A stretch of 64,000 nt of DNA from Gemmatimonadales bacterium (GTDB lineage Bacteria; Gemmatimonadota; Gemmatimonadetes; Gemmatimonadales; GWC2-71-9). A program made the position numbers and the translations under genes. Under the pieces are notes generated by a model. It saw only the letters and a list, made by a program, of their open reading frames with translations, did not search any database and was not told the DNA's origin. Position 1 is the stretch's first letter; every line of letters starts with the position of its first letter. The stretch lies in contig DATBGE010000082.1 in assembly GCA_036558125.1 (NCBI GenBank), positions 5,781 through 69,780 on the forward strand. The letters are read 5' to 3'. Of the stretch, positions 62,989-64,000 are shown one piece after another.

Positions 62989-64000
62989 TTTATTCAAGTT
63001 CAAAACCAGCATGCGCGGCTCGCTCATGTCGTCCATCGCGTACCGCACCCCTTCACGCCCGAAGCCCGAATCCTTGACTCCGCCATAGGGGAAGTTGTCC
63101 ACCCGAAGGGTGGGGAAGTCGTTGACCACGACGCCACCGACCTCGAGCGTGCTGAACGCCCGGAATATCCGGTTCACGTCGTGAGTAAAGACTCCCGCCT
63201 GCAGCCCGAAATCGGAATCGTTGATCGTGGCGAGTGCGTCATCCCAGGTGTCGTAGGCTGCGACGATGGTGACCGGGCCGAACACTTCCTTACAGGAGAC
63301 CTTGGCGTCGGGCGGGACATCCGCGAGAACCGTCGGCGTCAGGACCGAGCCGGTCCGCTGCCCCTTGAGCAGGACCGTCGATCCGGCCTTCACCGCTTCG
63401 TCAACCCATGATTCGACCCGATCCGCCGCCTTGGAATCGATCATTGGCCCCACCACGGTCGAGGAATCCATCGGATCGCCGCACTTGAGTGCCGCCGACG
63501 CCGCCACAAACTTGTCCACCACACACTGATAAACGGGACGGTGAACCAGGACTCGCTGCACCTTGATGCAGACCTGCCCTGCATAGGCGAATCCGCCGAA
63601 GGCGAGCCGGTTGGCCACCCAATCGAAATCCCCGGCGTCTTCGTGTACCGCGACCGCCGCGTTCCCGCCGAGCTCCAGCACGACCTTCTTCTTCCCGGCG
63701 ACGTCCTTGAGGTGCCAGCCGACGGTTGGACTTCCCGTGAAAGTGAGCAGCTGGAAGCGCGGATCGGTCGCCAGGCGCTCGGCGATCGGGATCGGCAGGT
63801 GCAGCACGTTGTAGGCGCCGGCCGGAAGCCCGCAGTCGGCCAGGATCTCTCCCAGGCGAAAGGCGAGCTGGGGGCATTGCGGTGGCGGCTTCACCACCAG
63901 AGCACTCCCCACGGCGATCGCCGGCGCCACTTTGTGGGCCAGCAGGTTGAGCGGAAAGTTGAAGGGTGAGATGGCGCTGATCGGTCCGATCGGGAAGCGG
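62986..64000 (-). CDS. Aldehyde dehydrogenase family protein (N-terminus beyond the right window edge)
   Basis: The blocks LELGGNAA and GQVCIKVQR (catalytic Cys). The frame stays open to 64000 (..PFNFPLNLLAHKVAPAIA..). Confidence 0.85.
   Translation of the reverse strand, partial: RFPIGPISAISPFNFPLNLLAHKVAPAIAVGSALVVKPPPQCPQLAFRLGEILADCGLPAGAYNVLHLPIPIAERLATDPRFQLLTFTGSPTVGWHLKDVAGKKKVVLELGGNAAVAVHEDAGDFDWVANRLAFGGFAYAGQVCIKVQRVLVHRPVYQCVVDKFVAASAALKCGDPMDSSTVVGPMIDSKAADRVESWVDEAVKAGSTVLLKGQRTGSVLTPTVLADVPPDAKVSCKEVFGPVTIVAAYDTWDDALATINDSDFGLQAGVFTHDVNRIFRAFSTLEVGGVVVNDFPTLRVDNFPYGGVKDSGFGREGVRYAMDDMSEPRMLVLNLNK

Overview
High-GC (by eye about 65%) chromosomal segment. I guess it comes from a Gemmatimonadota- or Acidobacteriota-like soil bacterium, with low confidence. 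Coding is dense, and many adjacent genes share 1-4 nt start/stop overlaps (ATGA, GTGA, TGATG). Left to right: dinB, a PilT-like ATPase, and a complete Alternative Complex III operon (actABCDEF). Next come an ECF sigma/anti-sigma pair and a lipoprotein blue-copper protein. Then a four-gene operon that looks like a bacterial sphingolipid pathway (SPT-like synthase, GNAT-like acyltransferase, SDR reductase, PAP2 headgroup transferase), followed by an M6 metalloprotease. An arsRMNC arsenic cluster runs directly into an orphan soxYZ + periplasmic MBL + rhodanese set. After that come a PP2C phosphatase and a Ser/Thr kinase. A roughly 9 kb island of small unrelated accessory genes (38.4-47.2 kb) is punctuated by four same-orientation copies of a conserved intergenic repeat. 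The rest holds a 1065-aa KAP-family P-loop NTPase with unusual N-terminal fusions, a ClC channel, a MarR locus, tRNA-Ala(TGC), a four-rhodanese protein, an OmpR-type two-component system, sodA, a peroxiredoxin and a truncated aldehyde dehydrogenase. The non-genic signals I rate highest are the conserved repeat family in the accessory island, the tandem 7-nt repeat arrays that build or flank intergenic hairpins, a terminator-containing leader upstream of small membrane-protein genes, and 11-bp-phased direct repeats on both sides of the two-component operon. No rRNA, CRISPR array, transposase or integrase was seen. All family assignments rest on motif reading by eye. No database search was run.
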